From assembly GCA_030324005.1 (NCBI GenBank), contig JARDVH010000059.1, forward strand, positions 53,468,817 through 53,532,816: a DNA stretch of 64,000 nucleotides. The letters are read 5' to 3'. The position numbers were made by a program, and so were the translations under genes. The DNA is from Negaprion brevirostris (Eukaryota). The notes under the pieces are model-generated. The model searched no databases, was not told where the DNA came from, and saw only the letters and a program-made list of their open reading frames with translations. Position 1 is the stretch's first letter. Each line of letters starts with the position of its first letter. Shown piece by piece: positions 11,741 to 23,170 of this stretch.

Positions 11741-14127
11741 CTTTATTAGCATGCTCAGTGCCTGTTCCATTCAAGACAATCCAGTTTGGCAAGGAGTTCC
11801 TGAAACAACAGCTTAATTAATATATGTAAAGTGCCTAACACCTGGTGGCTGTGAGAAGGTCCAATTTCTAATATGTTTGGCAAACATATTTACCAACCAC
11901 ATTTTCAGGATTCTGCAGTCTGAATATGAGTACGTATTTGCGGAACTCCAATTACTAATTGCCTTTTTTTAAATTTTGTTAGCGTTGGTATGTTTTTAAT
12001 CTCCTCAGTTGTGATTTGTTACTGTGGAATGAGTGACATTTGAACTACTTAAGTCCAAATATGATGGGACGAGCTTAACTTGTTCAATACTGTTGGAGCT
12101 CTCATGACACCAGTCAGAAGGCAACTTTTTCTTGTGTGTTTTCATCCTATTACTTTGCTCTGTTTATCTTCTGTTTTGTTCTCTGTCTTATCATCTGTCT
12201 CACTTCCCTACTCCGCTTTTCCTTCATTCTCTTGCATTTTTGTTCGTCTTGTGCTTCTGCTCTTTTATTTTTCTTGCTATTCCATCTCCTTGTCTTTCTC
12301 GTCTCTTGCCTTCTCTCTGTAAACGTCTTTTTCTCCTCTTATCTTCTGTGTTGGTGTGTAACTGATGCAGACAGGGATCCAGGTGATGGGATGCAGGATA
12401 TCATACAGAGGGATCTGGCCAGAACCAGGGTCGTGGGCTGTGATGTATGGCAGATCAAGGATTAAGAGAGGAGGAATTCAGCTGAGGCTACAGAAAAGCA
12501 ATACAAAGAGGTGCTTAGACATTGATGTAGGAGGGGATTTCACCCAAAGCCACAGTCTATTATAACAAAGGTACAGTTAATTAAGTGGTGGTGTAGAGAA
12601 TTGTGCCACAGCAGTATCTGCTCCCAAAAGACTAAAAGATAAGTAATGTAGAAAGCATATTTTACAGCTTTAAACTACTGAAAACCATAGCACAGAAGTA
12701 ATGGTTCGGAAGCCTGAAAACTTTAAATATGGAGCCCGTGAAAGTGCTAACAGACTTAAGTGTAATTTTCAGCTGGAGCAAGTTTAGAGAGTTAGGAAAA
12801 TTGAACTCAACTGTAGGCACAGTTTAGCCACCACTGGAAAAAGAATCTAACATTCCGTCTTTGTNNNNNNNNNNAATGGGAGCTTCTCCATCGTAGAAGC
12901 TGAGAAGTATAAAACTGAACTATCACACTGCCAACATTGGGGGAAGTTGTAAAGGAAGTCGAGAGAGAAAAAGAGAAGGCAAAAAGTTGCAAGAGAGGGC
13001 GATGGGATAAGATGAATGGAAAAGGGGCGGGGCAAAAGGGAAGAGATAGGAGAGAGAAGGGGTTTGTAGAAGAAGTGTGCACTTAAGTGTGCAGGGAAGA
13101 ATGTCCTGCAATTTAATTTCAGCAGGTTTAGGGGAAGAGTAATCCTTCCTACCACACCCATCTCATCATCACCTTGAGGGCAATTCAAGGTGTGCCATAA
13201 TTGCTGGGCTTTCCATGCTGTGAATAAATAAACAAACAAAAGTAATGAGCTTTGTTTGTCATGTGGATTAAATTTCCCTTCCTCTGGGCCCTGTTCTGGT
13301 TACAAATTCCCCCCAACTGACAGGAGTGCTTCCATTAATAAAACACATTTTAAAAAATTTACAGGTGAGGAACACCTTCCTTCATTTGCACCAGTCTGAC
13401 ACATTCAGTGGCTGATAAACTGATGATTTATGTGTATAAAAAGTTAGCAATACGGGCTTCCTAATGAGTGTTTAGATGATTTCTAGATCATCAGGATTTG
13501 TAAGGGGTGAAGTATGAACCAGGCATCCAGTACCTTTCCTGTAAAGGTTAGACATGCTCTCATCTCCTATGGATGGCACCAGTGACTGCCAGCATTTCCA
13601 TTTCAGACACATGGAATGAAATTTTACCCCAGCTAGCATGAAAATGGGAAAGTTTCTGATCTGTTTTTTTGGGTGAGTTTTCAAACCCAATCTTATGCAC
13701 TTCGTCACTGAAAAATGGTCTAGACCATTTGTAACTGCTGCAGGCAGTTTCCACGCATGTGCAGACCTCTGATTCTGCAACTGCAGGGGTCTAACAGACA
13801 GGGAAAGAAAGCTATCAGGGCCCTGCTATTGTAGGCAGCCTCAACCAGCTGCTTCGTTACCCCTGCAATTACGGGAGCCCATGGCCAATCACAAGCCCAA
13901 CAATACATGGGCATCTAGCCCTCTAGCCCCACTGCACACATACCCCTCCGCTCCCCACGCCATCCAGACTGATCGGGCTCCCCCCTCCCGATCCAATGGC
14001 AAGTGTGGAGTGGTAACGGCCTACTTCGTCCCGCATCCCCTGATCCAATCCTGTTGCAGAGTGTGCAGCGGATCCCCCCTCCCCTGGATCTGATCCCATT
14101 GCAGAGTGCGCAGTGTGTCCCCCTTCA

Positions 14128-14310
14128 CCAAAAGAGAAAACACTGGAAAATCTCAGCAGGTCTGTCAGCATCTGTAAGTCCAGATAACCCTTATCTGAAC
14201 TCAAAATGTCAGTTCTTTTCTCTCCTTACAGATGCTATCAGACCTGCTGAGATGTTCCAGTGTTTTCTCTTTTGGTTTCAGATTCCAGCATCCGCAGTAA
14301 TTTGCTTTAA
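14128..14310. mobile_element. Second family of Penelope-derived inverted repeat, with 13-bp target-site duplication
   Basis: ~51-bp arms 14128-14178 and 14225-14275 are reverse complements. Direct repeat gtgtcccccttca at 14115-14127 and 14315-14327. Confidence 0.6.
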
Positions 14311-15295
14311 TCCAGTGTCCCCCTTCATTTCTTACCCCCACTCCCCAGCCCCACTTCATGCCATAGCATCACCCCTTCGGTCTTGTCCCAATAGTCAACA
14401 CCTGCAGAGGTCCCACCCCAGGCACTGCCCAACAGTATGCCCACTGGGCATTGCCAAAGTGCCAGACTGGCACTGTCAGGCTGGCCCTGCCCAAGAGGCA
14501 GCGCCCATGCCCTTAGCCTCCCCAGGAGGCCTCACTGGCCTCTGGTTCCATCCATTCATGGGGAACAGGTGTTTCCCTCGCTGGAGAGAACTGGCGAGGC
14601 CATAAAGGCAAGCGATAGAGCACCAGGCTCACTAAACACGTGGAAACTCAAATTTAAATATATTTAAATAAATTATTCAGCCTTGCGCCCATTTCCAGTG
14701 AGAGGCTAACCTTGCTAGATTTCCAGCTCTCATTAAATCATGAGAGCTGAGAAATCGGGCCTGATCCTGATTTCTTGGCAATCGCACAATTTTACAGCTC
14801 TGGTAAAATTCCGCCCTGATAGAATTCTTTGAAAATTTCATAATACCACTTTCCATTCACCTAGATTTGGGGACAGAATGAGTTTTGGCTGAAGAGCCAA
14901 CAGACACTATGGGATAGATCGGGTGCTATAAAGCCCGTGGTTTAGATGCTTGAGGCCTCCATTGCAAAAATGACATCTACGATATATGTGCACACTTAAA
15001 ATGGGAAGTGTGCCAGATGCCATCTTAATTTAGGAATTTTTGCATGCATAACTAATGACCACCAGGAGCATTTAGACCAGGCAGATATGATGTCAATTAA
15101 TGTATTGGACTGGTTTGATGTCAGTATCACCACTTTTGAATGCCACACTCCAGACTATACCCTTTGTTAACCTGACACAATTGAACATGACATTAAAAAA
15201 CCTGACAGACTCTCCACCAGCATGATAGAAAATGATCATGAACTACTTACAGGTTAGTGCTGCATTATTTCTCCTGACTGTTGGTGTACTTCTGT

Positions 15296-15462
15296 ATAGA
15301 ATTCCTACAGTCCAGAAGGAGGCTATTCGGCCCATCAAGTCTGTACCGACCATAATCTCACACATGGCCTATTCCCGTAAACCCAAACATTCACCTGCTA
15401 ATCCCCTGACATTAGGGTCAATCTAGCATGGCCAATCAACCTACCTGCACATCTTTGGACTT
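15296..15462 (-). mobile_element. HE1-type SINE, 3' portion
   Basis: atagaattcctacagtccagaaggaggctattcggcccatcaagtctg...acctgcacatctttggact, collinear with the full copy at 18231-18545. Confidence 0.8.
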
Positions 15463-15639
15463 TGGAGTGTATTTTTAGAACTTTTATATACTTGACCAAA
15501 GTTTCATTGGTCTATAGAGAGTGTTTTGATTGATGCTAAAATACATTTTTATTGACTGAAACATGGTGCTCATGGATATAGATGATCTGGTAAGCCTTCC
15601 TCTTGGAATTGAAAACAAGCTACAATAAGAATGAAGAGG

Positions 15640-16510
15640 CTTTTAGTGGGAGACCATAGCCACAGAAGCTCTTTAGGGAGCAATTGTCTTCGCTCAATTT
15701 CAGTGACACCCAATTCTTGAGATGTCTTCACTTTACTAAAGAAGTTGTGGCTGAGATCTGTGCATTGCTCCAGCTGCAACTGCAGTCTCAAAGAGTAAGG
15801 ACCAACTTGTCTGTAACTGAAAAGTGACGATGGCTGTTAACCTTTATGCATCTGATTCCTTCCAAGGTACTGCTGGAGGTGAAAGCAACATCTCACAGTT
15901 TGCAATACAGTTCTGCATTGGAGAGCCTTTTGAGATTCTCCATACCAAGAGATGCTGTAAAATTGGGCTCCTTAGCACTTGCAGTTTTGATGCTATGGAT
16001 GCCATTTTGGTATCAAAAAGGCATCTATACAGTATGACCACATTTCCAGCATAACCACATCAAATATCAGCCTGGTAAATGTGGGCTTGGAACTCTTNNN
16101 NNNNNNNNNNNNNNNNNNNNNNNNNNNNNNNNNNNNNNNNNNNNNNNNNNNNNNNNNNNNNNNNNNNNNNNNNNNNNNNNNNNNNNNNNNNNNNNNNNNN
16201 NNNNNNNNNNNNNNNNNNNNNNNNNNNNNNNNNNNNNNNNNNNNNNNNNNNNNNNNNNNNNNNNNNNNNNNNNNNNNNNNNNNNNNNNNNNNNNNNNNNN
16301 NNNNNNNNNNNNNNNNNNNNNNNNNNNNNNNNNNNNNNNNNNNNNNNNNNNAGCATCAAGGTTCATGATCATGCTGCATGACCTAGCTAGAATGAGGGAA
16401 GAATCTTTGCCACCATCCCTCACTCGAGAAGCTGTGGAGGAGGAAGAAATGCATAGGGATGGAGGAACAGGAAAAATAAGGGAAGCTGTAATCAGACATT
16501 CCCTTTTTGC
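15640..16510 (+). pseudogene. Decayed PIF/Harbinger transposase
   Basis: Frames join to ..HFTKEVVAEICALLQ..VTMAVNLYASDSFQGTAGGESNISQFAIQFCI (Harbinger 'F-A-S-G-S-F-Q...ISQ' block). After the gap, SRFMIMLHDLA...EEEE...IREAVIR matches the LHN-containing C-terminus. Confidence 0.7.
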
Positions 16511-17739
16511 CTGAGCATATTTTTCATGGGAGTATCAGTAACCTTGACTGAATCACCATTCCTATCCATCCCATGCGGTGGACTTCTTACCTTTCCTTCA
16601 ACACTAATCATCATATTGTCCTCCTTCTGACAAAAAAAACCACCATAAAATGTGCATTTCAATCTAAATTTATATGTTTGATCATTATATTCTACAAACA
16701 AAACTTAACTAATAACCCTTGAGCATTTCCATGGTATCGGTCTTCCATGAGCCTTCCCTAATGCCTCTATGAAGTGCCGCCACAGTTTCTGCAGCATTGA
16801 TAATGAAAGGTTGCTGACTTGTATTGAGCAGACTGCAGATAGCTTTGGATAGTTACCATGAGCTGCTATGGGCCTAGAGGGTCTGGATTTAGTCTACATC
16901 ACCTACGGTGGTCTGGGTTGGCTGGCTGTCAGGGAACAACAACAACACTGGTGGAGTTACCGTGGTGGCAGTATAAATGTTGTTATTCTGAGGGAGAGAG
17001 AGAGCAGCCTGCTCCATGGAGTTACTGCCACTTAACCTGGACGACACCTCAGCTGTTGATCTGTGGACAATAGTTTGATGAACTGCTGTAATGCTTTCAG
17101 TCCCTTTGACTAGTTGTATCCAAAGGACAGCAGCCTGAATTTCCACTGAAGCACGCAGGAAGCTGCCACGCAATCTTTGATATTAATCATGAAATGCTGT
17201 TGGTTCAACAGGATTGCTGATGGAGGAGATCAGCTATCCCATACTGGAAAGGATATACTCCAAGATTTGTGAAAAGCTTTGATGCTGGTCTTCCCCATGT
17301 TTGTGGACATAGTGCACAAGTTTTCAAGTATATCAAGCATTTAATTGAATGTTTTTTGTAGCTTAGTTCATCAGAGTCATCATCCAAGTCCTCTACAGCA
17401 GAACTAGTGTGCACGGCAGGCTGCCCCTTTCACCTTCACGGGTATCACCTTGCAGGTATCTTACCATGTTCTGATTCATGTCTTACTTGTGTCTGAGCTA
17501 TTGGTTCTGAGCATAAGGTCAAGTGACACTGTCTGTTCATTACCTTTCTCTTCTTCCACTGGCTTGGCAGGTTCCAGGACTTTGGTATCTGAAATTAAAA
17601 AGATAGGATAAGGTTGTGGTGAGGGGAAAGAAGAGTGAGAGGTGTTTCTTTACACCACTTGAAGCTTCTAAGTCAGAAGAGATTGCTAACGTGGAGGAAG
17701 TAGGATAAGAATTGGGTTATTACATATGCTGATGCTGCA

Positions 17740-18228
17740 GTTCCAAAGGCCTTAGCGTTGCCCCATCTGATGACGTTCTTGTCCATGGGGTTAGAATATG
17801 CAGGCATGTTTTATCTCCTTCTGTTCTCCCCAGCTGCCTGGTGTAATTCAGCAGCTTCTCCTGCAAGGAACAGAAGCGTGTTTGTGAATGTCCTGCAATT
17901 TTGGCAAAACATAGCTGTCATGGTTAAGTAGCTGCCAGTATGCAAGCTGAGAGTTCTGGTTGCAAGTGTATGAGGATGAGGTTGAAGATATGAACGGTAG
18001 GATTGAGAGCTGATAAATACAATCAGTAAGTGGATTATGGGGATGTAATGACTTGAGCAGTAAATGAGACCAGTGGTGCATTTGAGAGGATATGCTATTT
18101 GATGATGAACTTACTCACATTAGCAACTCGCATGACTATTAAACATCTTCCTGCACTGTATAAAGCTTCTAGGAACAATGCTTTTGGCATTGACTTTGAA
18201 ACTGCTTCCCCCCACTGAACCCTGAGTA
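17740..18228 (-). pseudogene. Decayed Harbinger Myb/SANT-like second gene (two exon remnants)
   Basis: Minus strand: QWGE..KVNAKSIVPRSFIQCRKMFN then gtgagt donor (~18120). Acceptor ttccttgcag| then EKLLNYTRQLGRTEG..LHILTP. Convergent with the transposase. Confidence 0.65.
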
Positions 18229-18230
18229 CT

Positions 18231-18545
18231 CATAGAATCCTACAATGCAGAAAAAAGCCAAACGGCCCATCAAGTCTGCACGACCACAATCTCGCCCAGG
18301 CCCTTTCCCCATAACCCCATGTATTTACCCGAGCTAGTCTGCCTGACACTAAGGGGCAATTTAACATAGCCAGTCCACCTAACCCACACATCTTTGGACA
18401 GTGGGAAGAAACGGGAACACCCAGAAGAAATCCACACAGACATGGGGAAGAATGTGCAAACTCCACCCACACAGGGACCAAGAATCGAACCCTGGTCCTT
18501 GGCACTGTGTGGCAGCAGTGCTAACCACTGTGCCACTGTGCGCCC
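18231..18545 (-). mobile_element. Full-length HE1-type tRNA-derived SINE
   Basis: Minus-strand head gggcgcacagtggcacagtggttagcactgctgcc (A box) and gggttcgattc (B box), body tgtggatttcttctgggtgttcccgtttcttccc, CR1-like tail ending gattctatg. Confidence 0.9.
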
Positions 18546-18644
18546 ATTCTTGAGATGGTTACACTTTACTAAAGAAGTTGTGGCTGAGATCTGCCAATTG
18601 CTGTAGCCACAACTGCAACCTCAGAAAGAGTAAGGACCAACTTA

Positions 18645-18880
18645 AAGTTTATTTATTAGTCACAAGTAAGGCCTACATTAACACTGCAATAAAGTTACTG
18701 TGAAATTCCGCTAGTCACCACAGTCTGGCACCTCTTCGGGTCAGTGCACCTAACCAGCACGTCTTTCAGAATGTGGGAGGAAACAAATGCAGACACAGGG
18801 AGGACGTGCAAATTCCACATAGACAGTGACCCAAGCCAGGAATTGAACCTGGGTCCCTGGCCACTGTGTGACTGTGCCAC
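18645..18880 (-). mobile_element. tRNA-derived SINE with a different (L2-like) tail
   Basis: Head ccagggacccaggttcaattcctggcttgggtcactgtc, tail ..cagtaactttattgcagtgttaatgtaggccttacttgtgactaataaa. Same family as 43627-43886. Confidence 0.8.
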
Positions 18881-19342
18881 TCTGGGAGAAAGTGTCTGGT
18901 GGACATCCAATTTCCTTGCCAATCTCTCCAATGTCCTAAACATTTAGTGCACATTTTCTCATTTGGTCATTCAGTCTTCATTCTTTCACAGGACAGGTTC
19001 TCTTCTATCACTTCCTGCAGCTCCCAAGCACCTCCACTTTAAGAGATGCAGGCTGCCTTGAAATAATTCTAGTTACATAATTGTGCCATAAGGACTCCTG
19101 CTGATATGCACAACAAAGACAGCTGCATTCAGCCACTTCATAAAGCAGCATAAATTTATTGTGCTGCTTACAATACAGTGAAGAGGCATGGATAAATCTC
19201 ATACTGTGTGCCAGTCCTAACAAACTTTGCCCCATAATCTTTCAAAAATGCTAACATTGCATCCTCTATAAAATGTCCACCTTTGGCACCTCATTTTTGA
19301 ACAATATTGCCTCATTTGGTGAAGCAACGCAGAAAACAATTT

Positions 19343-19609
19343 TGTTTGTGGAGTTTTCACATTCTCCCCATGTCCGCATCAGTTTCCTCCGGATGCTCTG
19401 GTTTCCTGCCACAATGGATTGGCCATGTTAAATTGCCCCTTAGTGTCCCAAGATGTGTAGGGATTAGCAGGGTAAATGGGTGGGGTTACGGGGTAGGTCT
19501 GGGGGTGGACCTGGTCTTTCTGGTAGGATGGTCTTTTGGAGGATCGNNNNNNNNNNGTGCAGACTTGATGGGCTGAATGTTCTCCTTCTGTACTGTGGTG
19601 GTTCTATGA
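19343..19609 (+). mobile_element. HE1-type SINE, 5'-truncated
   Basis: tgtggagttttcacattctccccatgtc...aaattgccccttagtgtcc...gacttgatgggctgaatg..ttctatga, antiparallel to 18231-18545. Confidence 0.85.
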
Positions 19610-19917
19610 TAATACAGTAAGTGCACAATTCGTTTTACTCAGAAAATAACAGCCTTCACAATGATACACTGTTACAAAATAACATGACCTTCAAGTGACT
19701 GAACAACTTGAATACCTTTTTGAGAAAAAAAAATACAAGTGAAATAAACAGAGGAACAATGAGTGAAATTCCAGAAGCAAAGAGAAAAGCAACATACATT
19801 TATACTTTAAGCACCATTACTGATTTCTATTCGTACATAATAGAGGCCAGGATCATTCACTATGGATTTTCATATTTGTATAAGGAAATGTGACCCTGCA
19901 TTCTGATGACAACAAGT

Positions 19918-20120
19918 ATTGCTTCTGGCTAAGATCAAGCATCAGATCAAGCCCAAGATGATGTGCAATGCCTTTTCTTGTCAGCTTGGATCTTGTGTGT
20001 CTTTCTTGTGTACCATGAATTGGATTAAATTTGAATTCAATTTTTGAAGCAAGTAAGAAGTTGAATTTGGGTCTGTGCTGTCCATTATGCATATTGGCTT
20101 TGTAACTTTAAGAATACAGT
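19918..20120 (+). repeat. U2 snRNA-derived dispersed repeat, copy 1
   Basis: attgcttct..ggctaagatcaag, ttcttgtcagcttgga, Sm-like aatttttgaagcaag and gctgtccat, in the order of vertebrate U2 (ATCGCTTCT..GGCTAAGATCAAG..TTCTTATCAGTTTAA..ATTTTTGGAGCAGG..CCGTCCAC). Confidence 0.65.
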
Positions 20121-22600
20121 AAAATTTAAAAAATTAAACTTCAAATTAAAATATGAGAACTTTGAGAAACAGGGAAGTTCTTTGGTGGTCATATCTTCAA
20201 TCAGACAAGATCAGAAGGTCATTGTGAGAGATTCCTCTCCACATTGCAGCACAGTGAGGTGTACAAGAGTGAGAACACATCCAAAAGTGCAGTTATTGAA
20301 GAAATCTCTATTCTTCACAGGTCAACCATCCAGCCCCCATCCCCAATTACAGTTTCACTATTTTCCTCAATTTCTTCACTCTCCCCAGATCAGTTTGACG
20401 TAAATATTGCAAATGAACTTGGTAGTTACTGTTCTTCAAAATCTAATGAGAATTTTATCATTTTAATTATTCTTTAAAACATATGCTGTGGTCATATTTT
20501 GCATTACCTTCTTATTGACTGTGAATTGTGAGCCTGGTAATGCCAATAAAGTGCAAAACAGAATCAAGGCTCATTATGTCACTTAATTAACAGGTTTATT
20601 CCAATAAACAGCTTTGTGCTGTGTCAGTAAAAGTAGTGTACAGAAACTTAGTTGACTACAATGGTTATGACAACAATATTAGATTGTGTATTTAAAATTT
20701 ATAATCATAAACATTTCTTTGTAGACCAGCTAGTTCTGATGGACTTTACTGATAGTAAGTTGCATTCTTTTGATCTTGATATTTTCAATAATGATGATTT
20801 TTCAGCTATATTTGAGTAATACTAAGGTCACGTTGAAAACTCAAACTGAAATATGATGTTGGTAATTAGATTGACTTAGAAAATTCTTGATATATTCCTA
20901 CTATAAAGCATCAGAGATCTGCTGATTTCAGCAGTTGCATTTTTGGAAATATATGATTTATGTAGAATTTAGATGAACAGCCAAAACAACCCATTAAAGT
21001 AAATATTAATCCATTTGTTCATGAAATTGTAACGCAAAGGCATTCCCACAACAGAAGTGTACTGGCAATTTTCTTGACAGTTTACCTGTTTGGTGTAAGG
21101 GTGATGGAATCTTGGGTTTAAAGCATTATTGATATTTTTACTCAGCATGTTTTGCTACTTCCTGTAGAATAATGAGTCATATTATATTTGGAAGTTTACA
21201 GTTTGTAAGTACATATTTAAACCATACAACCACAGATGCTTTTGTTATCACTGGTGAAAATGTGGATATGTAATAGATTTAGATGGTCCCACACTTCTGG
21301 ATGATAACGATCGCTCGACCATGAGTATAAAATACACTAGATTTAGAATAAGTTTAAAAACTGCTGAATTCCATTTGTATTCAAAAATTGTGCATTGAGT
21401 TCAAGAAGTTAGATTTTATTATTGCATACAAAACAGAGCAGCATGAAATACGTGCAAAGGAAATGACTACAATTTGCAACAGATTGCTTTAGCTGCTGTT
21501 TAGAGTTTCATAGCAGCTATGTGGGAGACATGGAATATTCAAGCTCAAATTGTAGCACACCAACAGAGGAACAAGTGAAGGCAAGTAAACTTTTAAAATA
21601 CAATGCCTTTAAGGTTTAGTTAGATATTGATTGATGCTGAAGTGACTTCCTTGAATGAAGAAGGGGAATAGTTTGCACTTATAGCACTGAATTTTACCAG
21701 TCTTCGAGGAATGGGCTGGGAGTTGGAGTGCNNNNNNNNNNCCTGTGAGAAGCGAGGGGGAGCATGTTGCCTTCCCACCTCCATGGTATTTTGCCAATGG
21801 TTGGGAAGATGTAATGCTCCAACTCTACCACCCAAGAAGCCAATTGACCCAATTAAAGGCCTGTTGCTGCCATTTTCCCAGTGATGGTTGGGTCCTCTGC
21901 TGTGTGAACTCTGCCTCCCTGTAGATTGGGGAGAGGGAATCCCACCTAATCGGTATTCTGTAACCCACAGAGGTTGNNNNNNNNNNNNNNNNNNNNNNNN
22001 NNNNNNNNNNNNNNNNNNNNNNNNNNNNNNNNNNNNNNNNNNNNNNNNNNNNNNNNNNNNNNNNNNNNNNNNNNNNNNNNNNNNNNNNNNNNNNNTTAAC
22101 TTGTTGGAAGGGTAGCCTTTTCCCATGGTGTGCTTTCAGTTGGGTTCTTTTCTGGGCGAATGGTTTAAGAAAATGGTTTGTATTTGAGAAGTCAGTGCCA
22201 CACAGCCAGCTGAGCTTTACTGCTGTGGCTATACAGTCTGTAGATAAAGCTGTTAAGGGTCAGAGCTGCTCAAGGGAGCTAAGCAACTTTTCACCTTGCA
22301 AGCTGTAAGCCACCTGGAGTAGATTTCATAGGTGCACCATGATTTGTATACGAACACAGGAGAGAGACCCTAATGATGTGCAACAGGATGATTCTTAATT
22401 CTGCACATTGATTGTAATCCAACCATGAACTAAGTTCTTGTACTAAAAGCTTTTTTCCTGGATTTGGAGTTGGTGTTAATCTTTATAGTCAAACGAGACC
22501 TGAGGCCTCCCAATTTGGGGTCAAATGAGCTTGCATGAACTTCCATCCTTGTGAGTTAGGCAAAGGTAGCCCTTGCAATGTTCTTTGTCTGAGTTATATA

Positions 22601-22748
22601 GGTTAACACAGTAAGAAGTCTGACAACACCAGGTTTAAGTCCAACCGATTTATTTGATAGAAATCAAATAAATTGGGTGGACTTAAACCTGGTGTTGTCA
22701 GGCTTCTTACTGTGTTTAACCCAGTCCAGCGCCAGCATCTCCACATCA
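22601..22748. mobile_element. Penelope-derived fold-back, ~58-bp arms with 4-nt loop
   Basis: ggttaacacagtaagaagtctgacaacaccaggtttaagtccaaccgatttatttgat-agaa-atcaaataaattgggtggacttaaacctggtgttgtcaggcttcttactgtgtttaacc. Probable TSD ttata(t/c)aggtta at 22594-22605 and 22753-22764. Confidence 0.75.
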
Positions 22749-22784
22749 TCACTTATACAGGTTACACACTGAAGCCGACACTTC

Positions 22785-23170
22785 ATAGAATCACAATATC
22801 TATCAGCACAGAAATAAGTCAAATCTTCTGTGCTGACCTTTTCAGAGTGCTATCCAATTAGTCCCACTCATCTGTTCTTTACCCACAGACCTGCAAATTG
22901 TTCCAATTCAAGTGTTTTTCAGATTCCCTTTTGACAGTTACTATTGAATCTGTTCCTAGCACCATTTCAGGCAGTGAATTCCAAATCATCATTGCTGCAC
23001 TAAAAATCTCATCTCCCCTCTGTCTGTTTTGTGAATTATCTTAAATGTGTGTCCTTTGGTTACCAACCTTACCACCAGTGGGACATTTTCTACTCATTTA
23101 CTCTTTTAAGACTCCTCATAATTTTAAGTACATCTATTAAATTTCTCTTTATCTTCTCTGCTCCAAGGAG
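22785..23170 (-). mobile_element. Decayed CR1 3' fragment
   Basis: catagaatc..acagcacagaa-type tail, caggcagtgaattccaaatc (reverse of WNSLP), ctctgctccaaggag. Confidence 0.65.

Noticed and set aside
14003-14605. 200-aa ORF
   Set aside because: It crosses a nested repeat insertion and its TSDs in GC-rich repeat sequence, with no recognisable domain.
18480-18545. tRNA gene
   Set aside because: The A and B boxes belong to a SINE head that continues into the HE1 body and tail. No cloverleaf.
19918-20120. Functional U2 snRNA gene
   Set aside because: The branch-point recognition sequence is disrupted by an insert, divergence is high and no snRNA promoter element is evident. Kept only as a U2-derived repeat.
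20900-21610. Possible piggyBac-like transposase remnant
   Set aside because: Only vague resemblance. No catalytic motif could be read.
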